Shown here: positions 33,669-45,519 of the stretch, in pieces
How positions within the stretch are numbered: the stretch's first letter is position 1
How the letters are laid out: every line of letters begins with the position of its first letter
Source: Psilocybe cubensis
Lineage: Eukaryota
Direction of reading: 5' to 3'
Length of the DNA: 64,000 nucleotides
Assembly: GCA_017499595.2 (NCBI GenBank)
Contig: CM039003.1
Coordinates: 3,100,001-3,164,000, forward strand
Made by a program: the position numbers and the translations under genes
Notes under the pieces: generated by a model
The model's database searches: none
Told to the model about the DNA's origin: nothing
What the model saw: only the letters and a program-made list of their open reading frames with translations

Positions 33669-35843
33669 ATGGCGACAATGGACTATATAGAGATTCCAGA
33701 GGGGGCGACGCGTCTGCGTGGCATGTCGGACCAGCAACATCAACGAGACGATGAGAAACAACACCACGATGTGAGGCCAGCAGCCAAAATAACCACGTCT
33801 ATCCCAAACCCATCCCCTCCGCACTCACCGACACCGCGTACGCGGCGGCAATCACTTTTGTCGACGACAGCAAACTCGCTGAATTCGCCAACGTCTGCGA
33901 TGTCGTTCATACCCCAGATGCTGCTCTCTGCGGCGCTTCCACCCGTTAGTCCCGGATCACCCACATCGACAACGCCGACACTACCGAATCTCAAAAGAAC
34001 GGGCCTGCCAGAGAGCTATACGTTGATGTCAACAAAGGACCCGCTGTCGTTGCCGATCATGTCAACCAACTTCAAGCGGTTTGTGACGATAATAGGGCCC
34101 GTCTTCTGGCTGCAAGACCGAATAGAGGAAATTATATTATGGAAAAGGGGTACTTTGAGGACAGCTGTCTGGATGGCTGCATATGCATTTATTTGTGAGT
34201 CACACAATTTTCTTTTTTGCGAGGAAACTTAATGAAAAGTCTAGGTTTTTATCCTCGACTTATATTGCTGCTTCCACACATAGTGTTGATTGGAGTTATT
34301 CTGGCGACATATCCTTATCCTGCATCGGCTTCTGCTGATCCTTTATACTCCTCCAGTGACGCCAACTCGGCTTCGCCACCCTCAACATCCCCTCCCATGG
34401 AAGGCATCGTGCCTTGGCAAGCCAACATCCAAGGCATCCAAAATCTCATGGGTGCAGTGTATCTATCGCTTCTGTCACGATCTTTTACTGGGTGCTCATG
34501 TTTAACCTAGTGCTGACCTGCACGCACTCGTCGAGCCGCACGTGTACCACCTCATCCTTACCCCTCAACATCTTGCAAAGTCGACCCCAAAATCAACTGC
34601 TCAGTCTACGCAAGACAGCAGTACCGGTACCACCACTTCCCAATTCCCCCGTTCACCATACACAACACACATCCTTACCCTCCTCGTCGTCACATTACCC
34701 CCTTTACTCCTGCTTATCCATCTACCTATATTCCCGATTAGGGAGGTTTGTCTCTTCGGTGGCCTGGCACCGTTTGTCTTGACACACCCATATGTACGGT
34801 TGCTGATACCTCTCCTCTGGGGCATGGCTATGGACACTATGCCTGTCTTGCTTGCACGGTGGCGGCGGGTGAGGAATCGCATAGTGAGTATGAATATGAA
34901 GGTTTTAGGGGTCGACATAGCAGGTTTGTTTGGGCTGCATCATCATAGCCAGACTGCCAAAGGTAGGCGAAATGGGGGTGGTGACGAAACCAAAGACGCT
35001 GTTCCAGAGAAGATGCTCCCCTTGTCGATGATTGTGCAAAGAATCATTGATGATGATCGTCTCACTGACGAGTGCTGGAATTCGGAGATGAGGGAGGTGC
35101 AGTTGTGGGAGAATGAGAGATACGGAGGTGCGTACGGCCTGCTTTGCACCCATTGTTTGGTTATCAATATTTTTTTGGACGTTTAGGCCCCTTACCATCA
35201 GATTCATCTATTCTTCTTGGTGCATCATCCTCTTCTTCGTCCAGTTCCATGTTCCTTCCCCCGCAAAAAGGATGGAGCAAGTTGAATTTGCGGCCAGGAG
35301 AACGAGGTGCATGGACGAGGGGTCAAGATGGCTGGAGTGGAAGCGGCGGGGGAGGAAGTGCGAATGCAGATGGAGGTACAGTTGAGGTCGGAGTCGGTGG
35401 GGAAGTCAGGTTCGTTATTTTTTTTGTAGCCCTGATCCCATTTCTGGTGCAACATTCCTCTCCATCTTTCTCTATTTATGATTTGTGGAAGCCAATAAAA
35501 GCAGAAACACAAGCTGACGCGCCTTTTTCATCGCTCCTTTTTCCTTTTTCCCTATTTGTGTTCGGTTCTGACATTCCATCCTCCGACTTTCGATTGCAGT
35601 AGCAATCTCACATTTTCGCTCGCTCCTGGCTGGCGGTTCGTCGAGACAGAGGACTGGAGGAAGGATCTCAAGTGCGAATGGTCGGGTTGTGGAGGGGACC
35701 CGGACGGCTGGGTGTATACGAACGATGCCTGGCTGGGCTCGCGGCCGGCACCATACACGTCTGGTGGGGGCAGCGTTACCAGGAGAAGGAGGTGGGTGAG
35801 GAGAGTATGGTTTGATTGGAAAAAAGCGAAAGAAGATTCGTAA
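33669..35843 (+). CDS. Pex24/Pex28/Pex29-type peroxin with C-terminal dysferlin (DysF) motifs, multi-exon
   Basis: LSLPIMSTNFKRFV..IGPVFWLQDRIEEIILWK, NIQGIQNLMG, LWENER, GWRFVETEDW, DPDGWVYT, VTRRRRWVR. Confidence 0.85.
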
Positions 35844-36257
35844 TGATTAGTTAGTCTATGTATTTAGATTTTTGTCTGACCTTGTGGTATTCAAGAGAAA
35901 GTATCGTTAGCGGTTTTAGATGTGCTTACGGGCTTGTCATTTAATGGTAAGATAAATCACCTTTAAGTAAATCACCTTTAAAATTTATATGATCCCAATG
36001 CCCTCATCGTTGCATCCGCCTTCTAAAAGGCCATTCGATCGAATACCTTTCTCAGTCATCTGTCGTTAAACTATTGCAGAAACCAGATACATCGCCAACT
36101 CCACTGATTTTTATTGAATTGGTGACCGGAGGGCATGACATACATACGGGCATTTTCCACAACGGTCAATTTTGAACATATGTTTGCAGTACATACTTCC
36201 CGACTTACCAGAACGCAATCAAGAGAACCGGGGGCGTGCCCTATTTCTTGAAGCAAG

Positions 36258-37962
36258 AGTTCTCACGGATAGTGCCAATGAAATGATCAGTTATCGATAG
36301 AACCCTTCTCATCCGTCACTGTTCGTGAAAAATCATGATCTATCTGAATTCCCCACCTTCTTCAAAACCAAAGGTCTGATTTACTCAGTAAGTTATATAC
36401 TCTGTGCAAATCATTGTGGTATTGCAAGTGATGACTAAACTAGGTATCAAGCTTCTATTGTATCACCAATCAGTGTTGTAGGACCTGCATCTTTGACAAT
36501 CAACGCAAATCCGTAGCGAGTGTCCTTCAGAGAAGGACTAGTCTTCATCAGGGTCTTGCGGCCCCAACATTGGTCGATTAGGATACAACCTCCGATACGC
36601 TGTGAACCTCAGCGGCTCATCGACTCGAAGGTCGCCTGTACGCTGTTGTTTTCCCCTTCCCCATCTCCGCTGGACTCCGTGCGATGGTTCCCTGGGGATA
36701 TAGGGAAGATCAGCTTCCCTCCTGAAATGGCATGTCATCCATTAATTCTTGTTGCTAAGAGGCGAGATAAATACCACTTACCTCCAATGATTTTGAGGGC
36801 TTTCAAGAGTCGTCTGCTCTACAATCACTTGATTGGAGCTCGATCCTCTTGTGTCTTCGGGATGGTTGGTATTGTGTGATACGTATCTCGCCTCTTGCGT
36901 GGGGAGATAGTATGGAATGTCTGTTTGCTGCTCTTCTAGATTTCCTGAATTATGGCCGGCTACTGTATTCAAATCCGAATGACCCATCAAACGAGATGGA
37001 CCGGCATTGCAAGAGCTCTCTTGGTCCAATAGATTGGCCGGAATCGGCGAGTGGAGATGCTTATCGAAATCTGGCCTCCGATTGACGTCTCCCTTGGTCC
37101 ATAATTCTGCTACTGCAAGGCCGGGAAGCCTCGCCACTGCCACCGGTGATAATATCAATTCTGCCAGACCAGGGAAGAGAATGTACTGTTGTTTTATCTT
37201 TTCTTGTACATCGAGTGGGACTTCAGGCGCCTCCTTTGGAGTACATGACAAAGACAGGATATCTGAGACGGCAGATGGAGTTGATTGAAATTCGACGTCG
37301 TCTGGTGGTGCAATTATGGGACCGTTGACAGTTTGATTGATAGACGAGGAGCCTGTGCTACTGGGCAAGGCATTAAGGAAGGAAGGGCGCCAAGGTGGGG
37401 AATCAGACAAGACGGCAGCCTCGTTAGATTCGTTGAAAGGTTCTGCAACCGTCCCGAATGCAGTGTCAACTTCTGATAGTACGACGATGATCAAGACACC
37501 AAAATCTTACCAAAAATATTGGTTAACGCCGATGCAGAGGAAGCATTATCATTCGAAGGTGGGAAGGCCCCTGTGGAATAGCCAGAACGATGCGCATTTT
37601 TCTGGTCTTTGGCACGGTAGGTAAGGTCAGTCATCATAGGGATGTCGATGGTGTTTCTGGTATGATATGATGTTAGGCAAGGTAATGAATGACAGTGATT
37701 GCTCTTATATCACTAGCCAAATGCCTTTGAGCGTTGATGTATCCAGGAGTGGCACATATTTCCCTGGTTCCTTCAATGTGTTTACAACTAATTTCCTTTT
37801 CTGGAACAGAAGCGTTGGACAATGGAGTGCCCTCGGAATGTCATTGTGTGTATTGTGCATGTTCGGCTAAAATCGAAGCTGAGCGGCCTGATGATCAGTG
37901 GAAATAAAGGGGGATTCGATCGATATTTTCCCAGAAACTTGAATCATTCCTCCCGAGGTTAT
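36258..37962 (-). repeat. ~1.7 kb duplicated unit, copy 3 (diverged)
   Basis: Begins agttctcacgga like 13018. Upstream blocks (ggaacaga, gttcggctaaaatcgaag, cagtggaaataa, ctcccgaggttat) match 14468-14625. Confidence 0.75.
36538..37637 (-). CDS. Orphan protein, paralog 3 (diverged)
   Basis: MMTDLTYRAKDQ..., LAELILSPVAVARLPGLAVAELWT, PYYLPTQEARYVS, ADLPYIPREPSHGVQRR...PQDPDED*. Confidence 0.7.
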
Positions 37963-39218
37963 AGTTCGTGAATTCCGAGTAGTGTGAATTCGTGCCTGAG
38001 AACCGGCCCTCCTGTTCATGTTTTTAAAACGCGTTGTCACATAAACGTTTTGTTCCAGCTTTTACTGCAGTTCCGCATTCGAACCAAACTGAAGTCAAAA
38101 TCGTTATACAACAGAGTATGTCATCACATTCTAGACAGGCAAATCCCAATCTCTACCAAATTACTGAATAAAATTCATTGGGCACAGGGAACTCACCTTG
38201 GAGGTGAAGCGAGGGACTTAGTGCAAGGGACGTGTAGTGATGGGACGTGCGGGCAATGGCGTGGACACGCGTGGTGAGGACGGGGGTACGAACCATGTTA
38301 AGCGAGGTCGTGGTGATGGAGCGAGGGGATAATTCACTTCTAGAAATTTTGTCATCTGTCTGGTAATATTTGCTCTATATTTCACGAGGTACCTATCTCC
38401 AATGCTTCTAAGGTCGTGGTCTTATAGATATTGTACTTTATAATATTGAATGATGGTTAAATGCAAGCACAGCTAAAGTTAACTGATGAAATACAATCCA
38501 TAATGACATTATACAGGATTGAAGGTAAGTATTTTATCTAAAACTAAATATTTCTATTTATTTAATTTGAAAAATACACTTGGTTCCGGTACAATTCTGG
38601 TATAGGTTGTCGACGTTGTGGAAAGGGGCTAAATACGCGACGCGACGCGCCCAATTTAGTGGCACGTGATTATTCTCCACACGGTGTTCAAATTTTTTGA
38701 ACACCGAAAAAGGATGTTCTTCGTTTTCCAAAGACTACCACGATACATCGACTCCTAGAAACTGAACTAGAAACTGAACTTGCAAGTAAACTGAACAAAC
38801 AATGACAAAATCCTAACATCCTTTCTCAACAATGGTTTCCTTCTCTTGGTGCGTGAAATTTTGAATTCCATGCTCCGTGGAATTAAAGGAATGCGGGTTT
38901 ACATTTTCTGTCACCAAAGATCGCAAGTTGTGGTCAAATATATTCCCACAACTAAAGTTCTTTATGGTTGTACAGGATCGACGTAGACGTCATTTTTGTG
39001 GGGCGTTGTTGTCGTTCGTGCCGGTAATCTCAGTTTCAGCCAAGTTCGTTAGCCGACGAACTTCGATCAAGTTAGTGTCCATTTCTCATGAAGATTAGAG
39101 CAGGGACAGTATAAAATGCTGGTTCGTAGGACGCTGGTTCAATTGCAAATTATCTAGACGATACTTCTCCTTTCTATTTTCCGTTCAGCGCTCACATCCA
39201 ACAAAGATAAATCTTGAG

Positions 39219-40385
39219 ATGTATTCACCTCCTTCAAAAACCTTTGTTGCTGATGCCGTGCTTTTTGACATGGTGAGGGATATAAACATCATATCTTGTG
39301 CATTCTTTAAGTCGTTTGGTCACCAGGACGGTACTCTTACAGATTCCATTGCGGCAGTGGAAGCTGCCTGGGCGAAGGTGGCTTCCGAAATTGGGCAGGA
39401 TCCCGAGCATGTTATCGCTGCCACTCATGGAAAGCGTGCCGTCGACAATCTCTCGCAGTTCAAGCCTCATCTAGCCGAAGAAGAGATGGAGAGAGAGGTC
39501 GAACGTTTCGAGAACACCATCCTTTATTATGCCGATGCTCATCATCTTCACGGCCCCAACTCTGGATCTGTCACTCCTCCTTCCGATGTTTCGTATGCTA
39601 GCTCTGCACACGATACCCCTGACCTTACACCTGGGCCATCTGCTCCTGCTTCTAGACGATCGTCTGTCTCTGCATTCGAGTCAAGGCGGCCTTCTTTTGG
39701 TAGTCGACTCCTCAATATGCTTAGCCAGGCTGCGAGATTGCGTGCGCATAATGAAGACGTTGTGGTCGTCGACGAGGATGGGTCCGAGAAAGACAACCTT
39801 ATTCAACCTGGTTATCCTGCTGTTGAGAAGAAAAATGCCTTGAACGCCACCCTAGAGGCATGGCAGATGGAGGCCGCCAGCGTCGATCGCTCCATTCGTA
39901 TTCTGCCCGGGGTCCGCAAGATGATAGATTCGCTTCCTGAAGGTCGCTATGCTGTTGCAACTTCAGGTGCTAAGACATATGGTCAGTACCTGTTTTGAAT
40001 CACCTCATTTTTAAGGGAGGTAATAATGAAACTCTCGTCTGCAGCTTATGGGTGTATGAAGCGTGTTGGGATTGTGCCTCCTCCAGTAACTATCACCGCC
40101 GACGACAAACGTCTCAAGGCGGGAAAGCCTGCCCCAGACCCTTTCCTGCTGGCTGCCGAATGCCTAGGGTATGACCCGAAACGCTGTGTTGTTTTTGAGG
40201 ATTCGCCTAGTGGCATCAAGGCTGGCGTCGCCAGTGGTGCGACAGTTGTTGCTGTGTGCACAAGTCATGAGCGTTCCAAAATTGAGAATTGCGGTGCCCA
40301 TTATATCATTGAAGACATGGAGAGCATATCATGCCACGTTGGCGATGACGATCGTTTGGTTTTTACCATTACTAGTAGTGGTTGA
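39219..40385 (+). CDS. HAD-family phosphatase (GPP/DOG-like: glycerol-3-phosphate or 2-deoxyglucose-6-phosphate phosphatase)
   Basis: LFDM/DGTL (split by an intron), THGKR, LPGV, AVATSG, GKPAPDPFL, VFEDSPSGIKAG. Confidence 0.88.
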
Positions 40386-41019
40386 TGCTCATCCCTACCT
40401 AATGTTATATTGTTGATGATACCATCATACCACGGCGGTTTATCCTTACCGTCTTGTGGTTTTCAATGCGACACCGATTCTGGGCATTCAACTGAAATCT
40501 TTGTCTTTCTGTTTCTTACAAATACGTTTTTCCGTGAGTTAGAAAGGCTGGGGCTAGATTAATGTTCCTAGGTTGCAGTGTAAAACCTAAGGCTGGAGGC
40601 CCGAGAATGTCGGCACGGCCTGAGCCGCACCTGGACATGTCGAGATTTAAGGAGGCTGTACAGATGGTTTTCTCGTTCTCCACAACTGTCTATCTCCATC
40701 CCCGATTATAAATCCCTCTCTTCGATGACTGCCATGGATGTCTATTTCTGCAGTAAACAGACGACAAATGCGATGTTTCCTATGGATCATACAAATTTTG
40801 CAACTTTCTAGAGCCTTCGCAGACGACTGCAATGTGATTGAATGCGGTTCCGGAACTTCAAGTTGCGTTTGACAGAACAGTTAATGTACCTGAACAAGTC
40901 TACTATGTTTGTGCCTTGACTATACAATTTCCAGGCCGTATATAATCTACAGAGCGCTCCGACGCTTGCAATGACACTACCCTACCTTAACAACCTTTTG
41001 CTCCCATTTTGTAACCCCA

Positions 41020-42360
41020 ATGGATGTGGCTAGCATCGTATATAGCCTCACCATTGGCATTGTCTCTTTTATCTCTGAACATGATGACCACAAGTCCCTG
41101 ACCAAGGACATAAACAAATCCGTCTTGCTGGTCCAAAAGAATATCAAACCTCTATTCGCCCACCCGAAGAGCCTCGAAGAGAACGAATCTCTCAACGAGA
41201 GTCTCCATGCACTGCAAGATGTTCTCTTGAATATTTATTACCACCTTCGTCTATGGAAGGAGAGTAAATCCCATCGCGCACTTGCCCACCTTTACCCATG
41301 GAAACCCACCCAGCAACTCCAGGATGACAGACAAATGTTGGTGGAGAAATATCTCTTGCTTATGGGTGCGACCCAGTTCGTCGACCGCCTGCAGGGGTTC
41401 CATGTCATTTCTCGTGCCCCTACCATGGACTCCATCGTCATTCCTCCTCCTTCGTTACCACAATCAGTACCATTCAAAATCGAGCCTAAAGACGATCCAG
41501 AGAATTTAGAAGTCACCAAATTCTGGTATCACTGTGTTGGTGATAAGGTGCGAAATTCAATTGCCCTAGTGTTCGCAACTGATGTTGCACATGTAGACAA
41601 CTCTGGCCGAATCGGAAACCTTTTGCGTGGACATTTCAGCATATCTTGCCCTGGATCTTTCTCCAGTGGCCTGTAAACGGCTCTTGTTGCGTCTCGACGA
41701 GCGTGGATCAGGAAACATATCCTTCTCTGCGCTTCAAGAACTCGTAAATCAGGGCCCATTCGCAGATGTAATTAAGACCTACACCCAAGGTTAGTCACCC
41801 CTCCAATGTATATAAGCAATTACAATCAATACGACGTGTTAGATCCTGCCTTACCCTTGTTGATCTGGATTGACGACGATGTGGTTGGGAATCAGCCAAA
41901 GGTGCTTGAAGCCTCCAAATCTGGTGTTACAGTGATCCAATTAGCGTCAACGGCTGCCGCAAAATCATGGATTACGATAAATGAAGGTATGCCTTATACT
42001 CATACTTGGTTATGCTTCATGACAATTAATAATGGAACCAAAGATTTTATCAAGGCTCATGACAATCCCGCTGAGATTCGCTTCATCTCCGACCAAGTCC
42101 GGTTCGATACCGACTCAAGTGGTACTCTTTTTGAGAACCATGAAGCTGGCACCCAAATCTATCACTTCATTCGTGGCCATGGCATCAAAGCACCTTTTCT
42201 CGTTTACACTGACCCCAAAAGTATCCTCGTAACTCATTACATTGATCATGACGATATGGCGGGGTCATTGAACTCCCATTACAAGGTATACAAAGAATAT
42301 GTCAATGCTTTGGGAGCCGGAAGGAAAGATGATAGAGGATGGGCGAAATTTAACGCTTAA
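41020..42360 (+). CDS. 4HB + EF-hand-like + receiver-like protein, paralog 4
   Basis: MDVASIVYSLTIGIVSFISEH, FWYHCVGDK, LLRLDERGSGNISF, LLIWIDDD, IRFISDQ, AGTQIYHFIR, PFLVYT. Same three introns as the other paralogs. Confidence 0.8.
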
Positions 42361-42566
42361 TAGTCAAAATCTCGTTTTTATGGCTTCAAATGCCCCATGG
42401 TTATACAATACAGTTTTTAACTTTCATAGTGCTTACTTACAAATTACGAACCAGACTTTCCTGCGATCATTTGAACGTCAAAAGGTTGAACGTTGAACGT
42501 TGAAGGTCCGATAGCCCCTGTGTTAACCCCTGATCAGGCCACTCAAACGCGCACTACTACTAGCTC

Positions 42567-43589
42567 ATGATCCCAATTCTAACAGACATAGAGGATCCTT
42601 TTAGCCCTCCTTGTGCTACAAGACTTGTCTCCCCGCAGCGGTCTAAACAGGGGGCAATCACTAGTGGAGCTGGCTTACTGGTTGTCGTCGAGACATCGCC
42701 GGGCGTCACTACCGCCACATCGACTAGAATTACGAGACCTAGTGATGGAGTCGTTATTTCATCTGGAACACCTATTCCTTTTTCAACAACCTCTTTCAGC
42801 CCCAACGTTTCCTTTTCTTCTGGTACAACGACCTTTTCATCTGCTTCCTCGTCAAGTGAAGGGCCCAGAATAACCGACGTTCTTCCAAGCGGTACATCAC
42901 ATCAACGATTACCGTTGGGAGCAATAGCGGGAATTGTAATTGCGTTGTTTATCTTGCTTGCAGGTATCGTCATCTTTATCTGTCGCAGGAGGAGGGCATA
43001 TCGCAGAGATCAGGCTGCTCTTGGATGGAGGACAAGCATATCGTCATACCAATACCAAGACGAATCGACCTCTCGGTTCCACGATGTATTCCGGAGATTT
43101 ACCATTGCTGTCCCTCAGCGTCGACCAACTGAATCCTTCAATGAAGATACAGCTATCTTGTCACCTCCTCCCATGTTGGAGTATGCTAGGTCCGAGAAAA
43201 GCTCCAGGAGTGCTGCTTCCTCCTTGCCGCATTCTCTGCAGACACATAGCTCTAATCCCGGACATCGCCATTCAGTTTCTGTAGGGTCCACTCATTCAAC
43301 AGGTACTGCGCGATCTTTATTGATAGACATACACGAATCGCCCTTTAAAGATCCTTCTCCGAAGTCTGCACCTCCATTCAGCTCGTCCACATCATTCACA
43401 CTTTCAAATCCTCCAATTCCAACCATCCAAATATCTCCGTCTCCATCGCCCAAAAATTTGTTCGTGCCTTCGTATCGCCCCATTACTGTTGATTTGCCCC
43501 CTATTCCTCCTCTACCCTCTTCCCCTCCGCCCATGCCACCCCGTAATCCATTCCGAGATATAAATCCTTTTGAAGATCCCCCAGGCTAA
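42567..43589 (+). CDS. Single-pass membrane protein with Ser/Thr-rich N-terminus and Pro-rich tail (Mid2-like architecture)
   Basis: TM segment GAIAGIVIALFILLAGIVIFIC followed by RRRR. The tail ends NPFRDINPFEDPPG. No obvious signal peptide, so the start is uncertain. Confidence 0.7.
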   Translation: MIPILTDIEDPFSPPCATRLVSPQRSKQGAITSGAGLLVVVETSPGVTTATSTRITRPSDGVVISSGTPIPFSTTSFSPNVSFSSGTTTFSSASSSSEGPRITDVLPSGTSHQRLPLGAIAGIVIALFILLAGIVIFICRRRRAYRRDQAALGWRTSISSYQYQDESTSRFHDVFRRFTIAVPQRRPTESFNEDTAILSPPPMLEYARSEKSSRSAASSLPHSLQTHSSNPGHRHSVSVGSTHSTGTARSLLIDIHESPFKDPSPKSAPPFSSSTSFTLSNPPIPTIQISPSPSPKNLFVPSYRPITVDLPPIPPLPSSPPPMPPRNPFRDINPFEDPPG

Positions 43590-45519
43590 CCTGAGCATCC
43601 TCCTTTTCTTGTTTTCAATACGCTATGTTAGTCTTCGAGCATTCATTCCAATTCATGCTAGAAGTAGTGAGTCAGAATGCATATGCAATTTTTTTGAATG
43701 CTGCGATTTACAAATCTGGTAAAAAAAAATGCGCCACAGTAACCTCGTGGGCGGTCTTCTAATTTATGACGGTGGCGTAACCGTTTGCAAATCCTTGAGG
43801 GTACCACAAAATTCCATTCTAGGAATACCAATTACTTTTTAGGCCGATTCAAGACCCGCAAATTTCTGATGACTATACATACCAGAATTTTTCAATTTTT
43901 GATACCACACCCCGATAATGTGACCGAGGTACGGTATTGGCCTATGTCCCGAGCTCTGTACGTACAGCAGAACACCAAACTTCCAAGCATACACAGTGTC
44001 AATGGTTAATACTACAACGATATCATTCCATAAAACGCCTGGAGCTACTAAAGGGAATAAACAAGAATACAATACGAATCTATTATACATAGACATGTTC
44101 AATCCCAAATAGTTGAAGAAGATTTCCTATTTATACTTGCCCGACATCGATTCTTGCAAGGTGCTCAGTAGTATTGGCGGCAATGTATACTTATTATATG
44201 CCCTCCAGTACCGAAGATCAGCTGTCCATCAACGCCCTTAATGAAAGCAAACTGGTTTGAGTGCGTGCCGCGGTACCTGCGTATGTCAAGAAGTGGACGC
44301 TGCACAGTGCACCGTGCATTTGCAATTTTTGTTATGCAAGAGGTATAATTCTTTACGTTATATTTGATCCCGCTTCTCGTCACCCAGCCTAGCCAGGCAC
44401 AAGTCGATGCAAACAACCATACTATCTGTCAGATAAAACACAAAGGCTATCGTCCTCTGTACTCATTCCTCCATGATCGTGCTCCTGCTCGTCTAGTATA
44501 CTATACTTGAATTTTCCGAACCTCGCACTGAGTGTATTCTGGAATTAGGGTTGGTCGTGGGATAGCTTTGCCTTTCACAATAAAAATGAAGCGATTTCTA
44601 TTTACACTGCAGCGCCAACCGTTGAAGCGTCTGAGAAGGTCTACTGCGGCCGCCGCTATTTCCGTCACAAATAACTATCTCACGCGACGTCATGAGGTAA
44701 AGGGAGGCCTGAATGTACGGAGTAATCGCGAAGAGGAGTGGGAGATGAATACCATGGGCCAAAACCCTTAAATATTCAGCATTTAGGTGGAACTCGTAGA
44801 CATTAGATATTGCCAATACATGGTCCGAGTCAAACGTTTGTGATTCTGCAGCGTATAGGAAATGTATAAACTAGGCTAGTAATCAGGACATATCAAAGGG
44901 AGTACGGCTAGTAGGTGGGTTCTCGATGGGGTTAGACCCGCTCTACCTATGAAAATATAGTTGATACACGCCTTGGTACTCGTTGAAAGTAAAGTACGTT
45001 CAGAGCACAAGGAAAGTGGGGCAAGGTTTATCACGCGGTTCTACTGACATGAAGGAATGTTAGAAACACCATATGCATTGAAAAAGGGTGCATAGCGACC
45101 TATAGCACCCAATCACTTCCTGGTATCAAAAATTGGAGTGGGAGCAAGAAATAAAAGCAACAATATTTTTGTACGCTTGTCGACCCGTCAAACTTTTGAG
45201 ATCTTCTTTCTCATCAGACTTCTCCTTTTGGAATAGTCTCGGATTTCCAACATTTGCCCTGGTTTCTTTCCGAACCGTGAGGGAGTTTCGTTGAACCTAT
45301 ATCATGAGAGCCCCATTTGCCGTTTTTAATTTTTCTCTATCCTACTACCCCGTATGCCAGCAAGTACTGCCGTTGGAGCGACGCTGTATTTCGATTCCTA
45401 ACATCTTCCAACCAAAAATACTCGACCTCAATAAGAGGCGACTCCACTCTCGTTAATTTCCAAGTCTTCTCTTTAGGTCACCTCATCACATCTATTTCAT
45501 ATTATCGACGCGCTCTCTT

